Positions 17,647 to 25,439 of a stretch of DNA of 32,000 bases are shown one piece after another. The position numbers and the translations under genes were made by a program. The stretch comes from Candidatus Thorarchaeota archaeon. GTDB taxonomy: Archaea; Asgardarchaeota; Thorarchaeia; Thorarchaeales; Thorarchaeaceae. Numbering within the stretch: the first letter of the stretch is position 1; each line of letters begins with the position of its first letter. The DNA lies in contig PRDJ01000078.1 in the NCBI GenBank assembly GCA_003345555.1, positions 1,140 to 33,139 of the forward strand. The letters are read 5' to 3'. The notes below the pieces were generated by a model. It made no database searches. It was given only the letters and a program-made list of their open reading frames with translations, and was not told the DNA's origin.

Positions 17647-18570
17647 TCACCGCTCTCCGATTCGGTACTCCTTCTTGAACCACTCTACAGTCCTTCGAAC
17701 GCCCTCCTCAAGAGGCACTGTAATCTTGTGCCCGAGACGCTTCTTTGCCTTGGAGGAATCCGCCACCTTGTATCGTGTGGTAAAGGGCTCAGCATCCTTG
17801 AATAGCACCTTACTTCCATCCCTGCCCGTGTATCGCTCTACAAGCCCTGAGAGCTCTTCGACATTGTACTGCTTTTCGCTTCCCAAGTTGAACACTTCTC
17901 CAGAATCGAACCTATCGATAATGTTGCCAAGCGTTCTGCAGATGTCTTCCACATACTCGAAAGTCCTCTTGTGTCCCCTGTACACGGTGTACGGTTCGTC
18001 GTGGAGTGCTCGGTATACGAAAACAGGAACGACGCCTCTGAACGTGGTGTAGTGTTCATGTGGTCCGTATACGTTGAAGAGCCTGACTCTCACAGTCTCA
18101 GTCTTGTCCATCGCAGCCGAGTTGATGATCTGTAGTTCGTTTGCCCACTTGGTGATCGCATAGTCATTCATCTGCTTTATGGGAATCGTGTCAGTAACGT
18201 TCTCGGCCATGACACCATCATAGTCACCGTACACTTCAGCACTACCGAAGAATATCATACGAAACCGAAACTTCTTCTGCGCCGTGAGCACGTTCTTGGT
18301 ACCAACTGCATTAGTGCGCCACAGATTCTCGTAGTAGGCTTCCCCGTTCCAGCGCCCGTACTCTGCCGCAGCGTGATACACAACGTCAATCTTGTGTTCT
18401 TCAAAGATTCGCTCTATCTGACGATAGGACCCAACATCACACCTGATGAACTGGGAATCATCAGACTGCACGATGTCCGCAGGCCACACGTCATGGCCTC
18501 GCTTTCTCAATTCGGCAGTGAGATTCGTACCGATGAACCCACGACCCCCGGTGATTAGTATCGATGTCAT
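17647..18570 (-). CDS. Extended SDR nucleotide-sugar epimerase/dehydratase
   Basis: MTSILITGGRGFIG, HAAAEYGRWNGE, FFGSAEVYG, YAITK, RLFNVYGP. Start moved to ATG 18570 so the Rossmann motif is at the N-terminus (the ORF track gives 18669). Confidence 0.88.
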   Translation of the reverse strand: MTSILITGGRGFIGTNLTAELRKRGHDVWPADIVQSDDSQFIRCDVGSYRQIERIFEEHKIDVVYHAAAEYGRWNGEAYYENLWRTNAVGTKNVLTAQKKFRFRMIFFGSAEVYGDYDGVMAENVTDTIPIKQMNDYAITKWANELQIINSAAMDKTETVRVRLFNVYGPHEHYTTFRGVVPVFVYRALHDEPYTVYRGHKRTFEYVEDICRTLGNIIDRFDSGEVFNLGSEKQYNVEELSGLVERYTGRDGSKVLFKDAEPFTTRYKVADSSKAKKRLGHKITVPLEEGVRRTVEWFKKEYRIGER

Positions 18571-18670
18571 GACTTGCGGCTCCGTTCTTGCGGATAGGTG
18601 CTCCGAGACAGGCGGAAACCTCCTGCCATTCTTAAAAGCGTTATCGTGCAGCACGTCGTGATGCTCCACA

Positions 18671-18774
18671 GATTTGCTCTCATTCTGTTATTCAAGGCTC
18701 AGCCATTCGAATCTGGGGCCCGGCTTGCGGTGGTCACGGCCCAAGCCTGAGAGCAAATCAGGCTTGCGGCTTGC
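18671..18774. repeat. Nested inverted and direct repeats over the pyk stop codon
   Basis: 12-bp inverted repeat 18671-18682/18748-18759; 9-bp hairpin 18742-18750/18758-18766; GGCTTGCGG direct repeat at 18722 and 18761; tandem GGCTTGC at 18761-18774. Confidence 0.7.
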
Positions 18775-20218
18775 TTTCATCTTCAATGAAATCTCGAACG
18801 TGAAATACACCCATGAGGTTGGTCCGACCAGGGATATATCGTATTCCAGACGTGAATAGGATATCCTTGTCACTGCCAATCAATCCCATGCCGTGAACCG
18901 TGCGGACTGATTCACGAATGATGTCGTCTACATTGTTAACATCTTGATGGTATTGGACAGGGTGCACTCCCCACAGCAATCTGAGTTTCCTCACTACGGC
19001 TGGATCATAGGTCACTGCGAATATGTCCGCAGGGGGTCGGAACTTGGATATCCACCTTGCAGTGTAACCGGTTCGTGTGGCGGTGATAATGCCCTCAATG
19101 TTCTGAGGGATGAGCGCAACAGCATTGTACACCAGATTTCCTATGATTTCAACAATCGCCTTTCGTGGCGAGGTCATGTCGCCAGGATTCACCTGCGTGA
19201 TTCTCTTTTCCGCCTTGGTGACGATTCTGTTCATCATATCGACGACTCCAACGGGATCTATGCCCATTGCTGTTTCCCCACTGAGCATCACTGCGTCGGC
19301 CCTGTCGAAGATGGCATGAGCTACGTCGCTGACCTCTGCTCTGGTAGGTAGCGCTTCGTGAGTCATTGATTCGAGCATATGGGTGGCCACAATGACCGGC
19401 TTGGCCCACATGTTTGCTTTCCTGATGAGGTCCCGCTGAAGGACTGGGACATCCTCTATGGGCACTTCTATACCTAAGTCGCCGCGCGCGATCATTACGC
19501 CATCGGACTCGTTCAGAATCTCTTCATACTTCTCGATTGCCAGTCTGTGTTCGATTTTGCTGATTACCCAGGCGCTAGAAGGCCCGTTAGAGGTGATTAT
19601 CTCCTTGACATGTTTCACCTCACTAGGGTCCGTCACGAATGATAGTGCAATGAAGTCTGGCTCCAATTTGGCTGCGAGGTCAAGATCCTTGAGATCCTTG
19701 TCTGTCGGGATTGAACACGAGAGCTTGATATCGGGGACATTCACTCCCTTCTTGCTTGAGATGGTTCCCCCGTGTACGACTTCGGTCGTTACTTCGGGAG
19801 CGCGAACCTTCTTCACGACAAGCCTGATTATACCGTCGTTTATCGCGATAGTGTCTCCCGGTTTCACATCTTGAGGAAGCTCCTTGTATGAAATCGAAAC
19901 ACGTGTTTGATCGCCAATGAAGTCCTCCGTTGAAATAATGAACTTCTGGCCCGCCTGGAGTTCAGCGGGGGCTTTCATGTCTCCAATCCGAATCTTCGGT
20001 CCCTGCAGGTCGAACATGATAGCCAGAGTGTCATCTATGGACCGGATTGTCTCAAACGTTTCCTTCGCAGAGCTGTGATCATCGTGAGAGAGGTTCAATC
20101 TTGCGACATCCATGCCGGCCTCGATCATTCCGGTTAGCACTTCTCTTGACCTTGAGGCTGGCCCAATCGTGCATACTATTTTTGAACGAGTCTTGTCAGG
20201 TTGCACGGCTCGAATCAC
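18758..20218 (-). CDS. pyk: Pyruvate kinase
   Basis: SKIVCTIGPAS, ARLNLSH, DLQGPKIR, KGVNVP, SKIE, MIARGDLG, PTRAE, AVMLSGETA. The alternative GTG at 20206 has better spacing from GGAGTGA. Confidence 0.97.
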   Translation of the reverse strand: MIRAVQPDKTRSKIVCTIGPASRSREVLTGMIEAGMDVARLNLSHDDHSSAKETFETIRSIDDTLAIMFDLQGPKIRIGDMKAPAELQAGQKFIISTEDFIGDQTRVSISYKELPQDVKPGDTIAINDGIIRLVVKKVRAPEVTTEVVHGGTISSKKGVNVPDIKLSCSIPTDKDLKDLDLAAKLEPDFIALSFVTDPSEVKHVKEIITSNGPSSAWVISKIEHRLAIEKYEEILNESDGVMIARGDLGIEVPIEDVPVLQRDLIRKANMWAKPVIVATHMLESMTHEALPTRAEVSDVAHAIFDRADAVMLSGETAMGIDPVGVVDMMNRIVTKAEKRITQVNPGDMTSPRKAIVEIIGNLVYNAVALIPQNIEGIITATRTGYTARWISKFRPPADIFAVTYDPAVVRKLRLLWGVHPVQYHQDVNNVDDIIRESVRTVHGMGLIGSDKDILFTSGIRYIPGRTNLMGVFHVRDFIEDESKPQA

Positions 20219-20400
20219 TCCATCTGGTCATCCCGGTTGTTGCGATGCGAAATATCCATAATAGGGCTTGCTTTTGGCTTCATGTTCAAGCCTATGGACA
20301 TAGGTACTCGTGTGTTCACATGGATGAGGATAAATCCCGGCAGTTGTTGCTTTGCTACAATGCAACCAGTAATCAGACCGTCCGAGTCGTGGTGATCGTT

Positions 20401-21699
20401 ATGGTGCAGTTCAAGTCAGTGAAATCGATTGAGATTCTTGATTCTCGTGGCAATCCAACTCTGATGACGAAGGTGATTCTGTCTGATGGGACAACAGGGA
20501 TTGCCAAAATCCCCAGCGGTGCCTCTACCGGTACCCGTGAAGCCTTGGAGCTTAGGGACGGGGACAAGAGATACGGCGGAAAGGGAGTACAGAAAGCTGC
20601 AAACAATGTGAATGCGGTCATAGCGAAGGCTGTCATCTCGGTGGACCCTCTTTCTCAGCGCAATCTTGATGCCGTTCTGCTAAAGCTGGATCCGAGCAAG
20701 GGAAAGAGCAAACTCGGCGCCAATGCAATACTCTCGGTGTCGATGGCAACTGCAGTTGCTGCGGCAAGTCATCTCAAGGTGGGACTCTTCGAGTACCTAA
20801 GAACGAAAGTGATTGGCAAGCCAGCCGCATACCAGATGCCTGTGCCGCTCTCTAATGTCATCAATGGAGGTGCGCATGCGGGCAATGAACTGGCCATTCA
20901 GGAATTCATGATTATGGCGCTCGGGGCGGCAGACATCCGTGAGGCCGTTCGATACACGAGCGAGGTGTATCAAGCGCTAGGAAAGCGGATGATAACTAAG
21001 TACGGGCGCATGGCAAGGCACGTAGGCGACGAAGGCGGCTACTGTGGGTACGGACTGAAGACCACAAGCGATGCGTTCGAGGAGATTGTCGAAGCCATTT
21101 CGGCGGCAGGCTATCAGCCGGGGAAGGATGTCGTGCTGGCAATCGACTCGGCGGCGAGTGGGTTCTACAAGGACGGAGAATACACCGTGGATGGTAAGGC
21201 CATGGACTCCTCTGATCTGGTGGACTACTATCTGGAATTAGAGAAGACCTATCCACTAAGAAGCTTTGAAGATCCGTTTCATGAGGAAGCCTTTGACACC
21301 TTCGCCGAACTCACTCGGAAGACTCATTGTCAAGTGGTCACCGATGATCTCACTGTATCAAATCCCGCCACCGTTCAGAGGGCGATAGAAGCTAAAGCGG
21401 GGAATGCGCTATTACTGAAGCTGAACCAGATTGGTACTGTGACAGAGGCAATCGATGCTGCAACCATCGCGAACAAGGCTGGGTGGCCGGTCGTAGTCAG
21501 TCACAGGAGTGGCGAGACCGGTGATACCTTCATTGCTGACTTAGTGGTTGCTCTGTCCACCGGTCAGATAAAGAGCGGGGCGCCTGCTCGCAGCGATAGG
21601 GTCGAGAAATACAATCGTCTCCTGGAAATCTATGACCTACTTGATGGGAAGTGCGGATATCCTGGGGCGGACTTCATGAAAGCTTGGAGGAGGTATTGA
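20401..21699 (+). CDS. eno: Enolase (phosphopyruvate hydratase), 432 aa
   Basis: ILDSRGNPT, PSGASTG, ELRDG, NVINGG, QEFMI, GDEGG, EDPF, DDL, LLKLNQIG, VSHRSGET, GQIK. Start at ATG 20401 with GGTGA upstream; the ORF-track extension to 20047 is not enolase-like. Confidence 0.98.
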   Translation: MVQFKSVKSIEILDSRGNPTLMTKVILSDGTTGIAKIPSGASTGTREALELRDGDKRYGGKGVQKAANNVNAVIAKAVISVDPLSQRNLDAVLLKLDPSKGKSKLGANAILSVSMATAVAAASHLKVGLFEYLRTKVIGKPAAYQMPVPLSNVINGGAHAGNELAIQEFMIMALGAADIREAVRYTSEVYQALGKRMITKYGRMARHVGDEGGYCGYGLKTTSDAFEEIVEAISAAGYQPGKDVVLAIDSAASGFYKDGEYTVDGKAMDSSDLVDYYLELEKTYPLRSFEDPFHEEAFDTFAELTRKTHCQVVTDDLTVSNPATVQRAIEAKAGNALLLKLNQIGTVTEAIDAATIANKAGWPVVVSHRSGETGDTFIADLVVALSTGQIKSGAPARSDRVEKYNRLLEIYDLLDGKCGYPGADFMKAWRRY

Positions 21700-21702
21700 G
21701 TC

Positions 21703-22944
21703 ATGGCCACCAAATCCACGGCAGTCATGGTTGTAATGGATGGCGCAGGTGACCGACCTGTGCCTGAACTGGGAGGGCTGACTCCGTTCCAGGCGGCGAA
21801 GACTCCGAACTTCGACCGGCTTGCTTCTCAGGGACAAAGCGGACTCATGCACGTGATCTCTCCTGGTGTAACTCCTGGAAGCGACACCGCGCACCTAGCG
21901 CTCTTCGGATACGATCCAGTAACGACTTACCCCGGGAGAGGACCGCTCGAGGCCCTTGGGGCAGGCCTTCAATCGAAGCCGGGCGATGTGGCGTTTCGAG
22001 CCAACTTTGCCACCATGAATCCGGATTTCACAGTAACCGACCGCAGAGCCGGGCGAGAGTTCACAGGTGAGGAAGGCCTTGCTCTCCAGAAGGCATTGGA
22101 CGGGCTAGACATCGACGGTGTGAGGGTACACTTCGTTCACACTGTCGAGCATCGCGGTGCTCTTGTTCTAGAAGGAAAGGGTCTCTCAGAGAAGATAACA
22201 GACGTAGATCCTCATGAGGATGGGAAGAAGGTCCTCCAAGCCACACCTCTTGTGCCTGAGGCGAAAAGAACTGCTGATGTTGTAAACAAACTGATACGGC
22301 TCTCCTTTGAGCGGCTAAGAGGTCTTGACGTGAACAAGGCTAGACAGATGAGGGGCATTGCATCTGCCAATGTGCTTCTTCTTAGAGGACCTGGTCAACA
22401 TCGAGAGGTGTCCACTCTCAAAGAAAGATTCGGAATCAGGTCTGCAGTCATTGCAGGAGGAGCATTGTACATAGGTACTGCTAAGTACGTAGGGATGGAA
22501 CACATTAAGGTCCAGGGTCAGACAGGGACCATAGACACAAACTTCGATGGCATAGCTGACAAGGCAGCAGAATGTGTTGAATCAGATTACGATTACGTCT
22601 TTGTTCACATAAAAGCTACCGACAATGCTAGCCATGACCATAACGCGAAACAGAAGGTCTTGGCTATTGAAAGGACAGACAGGATGGTGGGGAGAGTACT
22701 CGATCGGGTGGGCAAGAAGATTGTCATTGTTGTTACTGCGGACCACACCACGCCGGTTACAGTAGGAGAACATACCTGCGATCCTGTGCCGATTGTCATC
22801 TGGTCCTCTTTCATCCGCCCCGATTCTGTCAAGCGCTTGACGGAGATAGACGCGCCTCATGGGGCTCTTCACACCATTCGTGGAATCGATGTGCTACCAA
22901 TGCTGCTAGGCTACTCTGGAAAGACAGAGAAATTCGGTTCATAG
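21703..22944 (+). CDS. apgM: 2,3-bisphosphoglycerate-independent phosphoglycerate mutase, archaeal type
   Basis: 413 aa; DGAGDRP, TPNFD, PGSDTAHLALFGYD, GRGPLEALG, DRRAGR, HIKATDNASHD, TADHTTP, HTCDPVP; GGAGG upstream; begins 3 bp after the eno stop. Confidence 0.93.
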   Translation: MATKSTAVMVVMDGAGDRPVPELGGLTPFQAAKTPNFDRLASQGQSGLMHVISPGVTPGSDTAHLALFGYDPVTTYPGRGPLEALGAGLQSKPGDVAFRANFATMNPDFTVTDRRAGREFTGEEGLALQKALDGLDIDGVRVHFVHTVEHRGALVLEGKGLSEKITDVDPHEDGKKVLQATPLVPEAKRTADVVNKLIRLSFERLRGLDVNKARQMRGIASANVLLLRGPGQHREVSTLKERFGIRSAVIAGGALYIGTAKYVGMEHIKVQGQTGTIDTNFDGIADKAAECVESDYDYVFVHIKATDNASHDHNAKQKVLAIERTDRMVGRVLDRVGKKIVIVVTADHTTPVTVGEHTCDPVPIVIWSSFIRPDSVKRLTEIDAPHGALHTIRGIDVLPMLLGYSGKTEKFGS

Positions 22945-22955
22945 CTCTTGAGCGT

Positions 22956-24317
22956 CTAAGGCTCGTGGTAAGCAATCGGCTGAATTCCACGTTTCCCGAT
23001 ACAACGATACTCGAAACCCTTGGCAATCATAGTCTCTCGGCTGAACACATTCCGACCATCGACAATCGCAGGGGTCCGCATTACTTTCTTGATTTTGTCC
23101 AAATCAAGAGAACTATACACCGAGTGCTTTGTGACGAGAGCAAGGCAGTCTGCACCAGTTGCTGCTTTGATTACGTCTTTTTCTATCGGCAGCTGCGTGA
23201 ATTCCCATTCCTTGACATATGGGTCGTGAAGTCTGACAGTCATGCCCTTCGTCTGAAGTGAGGATACAAGTGGCGCAGAAGGTGTGTTCCGTGTGTCGTC
23301 TGAGTTCTCTAGGTAGGCGACGCCAAGAACAGTGACAATGGCGGTGTGCATCGAAACGCCTCTGGCAAGAAGTGCATTCTCAACAAGGTTGGCCATGTGA
23401 ACCGGCATGTAGTTATTGATGCGTCGCGCGAGCGAGATGAACTCTGGCTCAATCTTCCATGTTCCGTACTCATACAAGCCATACCGCAGAAGCCAAGGGT
23501 CCTTAGGCAGACAATGCCCTCCCACTCCCGCCCCCGGGATGTGCATGTGTCTGTCATGTCTTGCATTCACCAGTTCAATAATCTTGTAGACGTCTACACC
23601 GAGACTCTCACAAACCATTGCCATCTCGTTTGCGAATGCTATGTTCACATCCCTGTACGCGTTTTCTATCACTTTGGCAAGCTCGGCAGTCATCGTATCC
23701 GCTGTGTATACCTTGTCTTTCACAATCTTTGAATAGAGGTCCACAGCACGCTGCGTACTCTTGGGAGTAATTCCTCCCACGACCCGCGGCATGTTGACGA
23801 TGAATTCAATCAGCTTTCCCGGCATCACTCTCTCATATGAGAACGCGAGGTCAAAATCGGTTCCGGCCTTGAGACCGGACTCCTTTTCGATAATGGTCTG
23901 AACAACGTTCTGGGTTGTACCCGGCGCGACTGTCGACTCCACAACGACCAAAGCTCCCTTCCTGATTCTCTTCCCTATGCTCTCGCTCACTTCCTTCAAC
24001 GAGACGTATTGTGGCATGTTCTGCGCGTCAGTTGGCGTCTGTACATCAATCAGGATTACGTCCGCGTTGCTAAGTATCTCGGGATCATCGGTGACCTTGA
24101 ACTTGCCCTTAGCGACAACCTTGGAAAGCAGCTTGTCGAGGCCCGGCTCCACACCTTCGAACGGGGACTTCCCGCTGTTCAGGACATCTATCTTCCATCC
24201 TGACCTCTTTGATTTTCTCTGGAGTCCAACAACTGTGAAGCCTTCGACATCGGCTAGAAGAGCGGCGCATGGGATGCCTACATAACCCATTCCGACTACT
24301 ACGATATTGGTCGTCAT
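22956..24317 (-). CDS. Nucleotide-sugar 6-dehydrogenase (UDP-ManNAc/UDP-GlcNAc dehydrogenase, WecC/WbpA-WbpO group)
   Basis: 453 aa; GMGYVG, VESTVAPGTT, ERVMPG, KVIENAYRDVNIAFANE, GGHCLPKDP (catalytic Cys), DDTRNTP, VDGRN. Confidence 0.92.
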   Translation of the reverse strand: MTTNIVVVGMGYVGIPCAALLADVEGFTVVGLQRKSKRSGWKIDVLNSGKSPFEGVEPGLDKLLSKVVAKGKFKVTDDPEILSNADVILIDVQTPTDAQNMPQYVSLKEVSESIGKRIRKGALVVVESTVAPGTTQNVVQTIIEKESGLKAGTDFDLAFSYERVMPGKLIEFIVNMPRVVGGITPKSTQRAVDLYSKIVKDKVYTADTMTAELAKVIENAYRDVNIAFANEMAMVCESLGVDVYKIIELVNARHDRHMHIPGAGVGGHCLPKDPWLLRYGLYEYGTWKIEPEFISLARRINNYMPVHMANLVENALLARGVSMHTAIVTVLGVAYLENSDDTRNTPSAPLVSSLQTKGMTVRLHDPYVKEWEFTQLPIEKDVIKAATGADCLALVTKHSVYSSLDLDKIKKVMRTPAIVDGRNVFSRETMIAKGFEYRCIGKRGIQPIAYHEP

Positions 24318-24430
24318 CTAGAGCTCTCTCTGTTTGTTGTGTTAGTGGACCACGACGCTAGTGCCCTTGTGGGTTACCGTGAAAAAGGTTGTTCTAGGTT
24401 GAGAATCGCACTCTTTGGCTCGTCCCTCTC

Positions 24431-25258
24431 CTACTCAACATTGACCACTCTGTCGATTCTCTCTACAGAATCATCGATATAGTGCTTGTCATCGATTGTT
24501 AGTTCGATTGCGTCATTTGGGCAGGCCTCGACACAACGTCCGCAACCGCGGCACTCCTCGCTTATGACCGCATGGCCCCCAACGACGTGGATCGCATTGA
24601 CAAAGCATATTCCTCGCGTGCAGGTTCCACATCCTTGGCACTTGTCTGTGACACGGACTTGTACTCCGGGCATCTTTGTGATTTTCCTGCCAATGCCTGG
24701 CGTGAGATCAGGAAGTATCTTCCATAGGCAGCAGCAAGGACAGCAATTGCAGACTGTGAGGAGCCTGTCCCCCGGTTTGGCATCGAGCCACACAGAATCG
24801 AGCTTGTTGCGGCCAATAAGGTGAACGAGTCCAGCTTCCCTGCACTTCCTGACATAGTCAAGTGCTTCCTCCTTCGAAACCCTTCGCCCCAAGAGTGGAT
24901 TGATTCTCTTTGCGGCTTCGCCCAGAAACAGACACCCGTAGCTGATCGGATAGTCCTTGCACTTCGAAGCATCTCTGCATATACAGAAATTCATAATCCA
25001 GTGGTAATTCGCCTTCTTGATGAAGTGTTCAACAATCTTGGACGGGAGGACTGTATCAACAGGGTGCTCCAGGGACTTGCCTATCGGTATTGTCTGAGAT
25101 ACGACGCTATCCTTGGGGAGGTACATTATGTCATCGTTCTCAAAGAGCATCTTATCGACCATGCGACCGAGGCCCGGCACACGTGTCATCAGTGCTATCA
25201 TGCGTCTGTTGGGGAATGTCTTTTTCAGCATCTGTACAAACCAAAGGGGCCGCGCCAT
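24431..25258 (-). CDS. Cys-rich 4Fe-4S ferredoxin-domain protein of unknown function
   Basis: 275 aa; CQGCGTCTRGIC and CRGCGRCVEACP ferredoxin motifs; additional CICR-x4-C-x8-C and CNCCPCCC clusters. Confidence 0.85.
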   Translation of the reverse strand: MARPLWFVQMLKKTFPNRRMIALMTRVPGLGRMVDKMLFENDDIMYLPKDSVVSQTIPIGKSLEHPVDTVLPSKIVEHFIKKANYHWIMNFCICRDASKCKDYPISYGCLFLGEAAKRINPLLGRRVSKEEALDYVRKCREAGLVHLIGRNKLDSVWLDAKPGDRLLTVCNCCPCCCLWKILPDLTPGIGRKITKMPGVQVRVTDKCQGCGTCTRGICFVNAIHVVGGHAVISEECRGCGRCVEACPNDAIELTIDDKHYIDDSVERIDRVVNVE

Positions 25259-25439
25259 GAGCGTCTTGATGTTCTAAGGCATTGATATTGCTATCGAACT
25301 GGGTTCCCATGGCAGTGTGCCTGCATGTGGCTCTTTCCACCATACGTGGAATGATGTGCAATAAGTAGGAATTGGCACCGTCAGTAACTCTCTTAAACAC
25401 CGAGCAAGTACAACTAGAGGCGGCAGCTGAGGCAGAACC

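Noticed and set aside
6338-18623. Shared 13-mer GG(A/C)GGAAACCTCC upstream of two minus-strand genes (6338-6350 and 18611-18623)
   Set aside because: A 12/13 match between intergenic positions is expected about once or more by chance, and the distances to TATA and start codon differ.
17645-18669. ORF-track starts at 17683 and 18669 for the two SDR genes
   Set aside because: These extensions overlap the upstream gene or the promoter region; ATG 17644 and ATG 18570 put the Rossmann motif near the N-terminus.
18735-18760. Selenocysteine or read-through at the structured pyk UGA
   Set aside because: Pyruvate kinase is already complete, read-through would add only a few residues before another UGA, and I see no SECIS-like core. 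No other gene here shows an internal in-frame stop.
20047-20400. 118-codon N-terminal extension of enolase in the ORF track
   Set aside because: It overlaps the start of pyk on the opposite strand and has no enolase similarity; ATG 20401 has a GGTGA site and gives a normal 432-aa protein.
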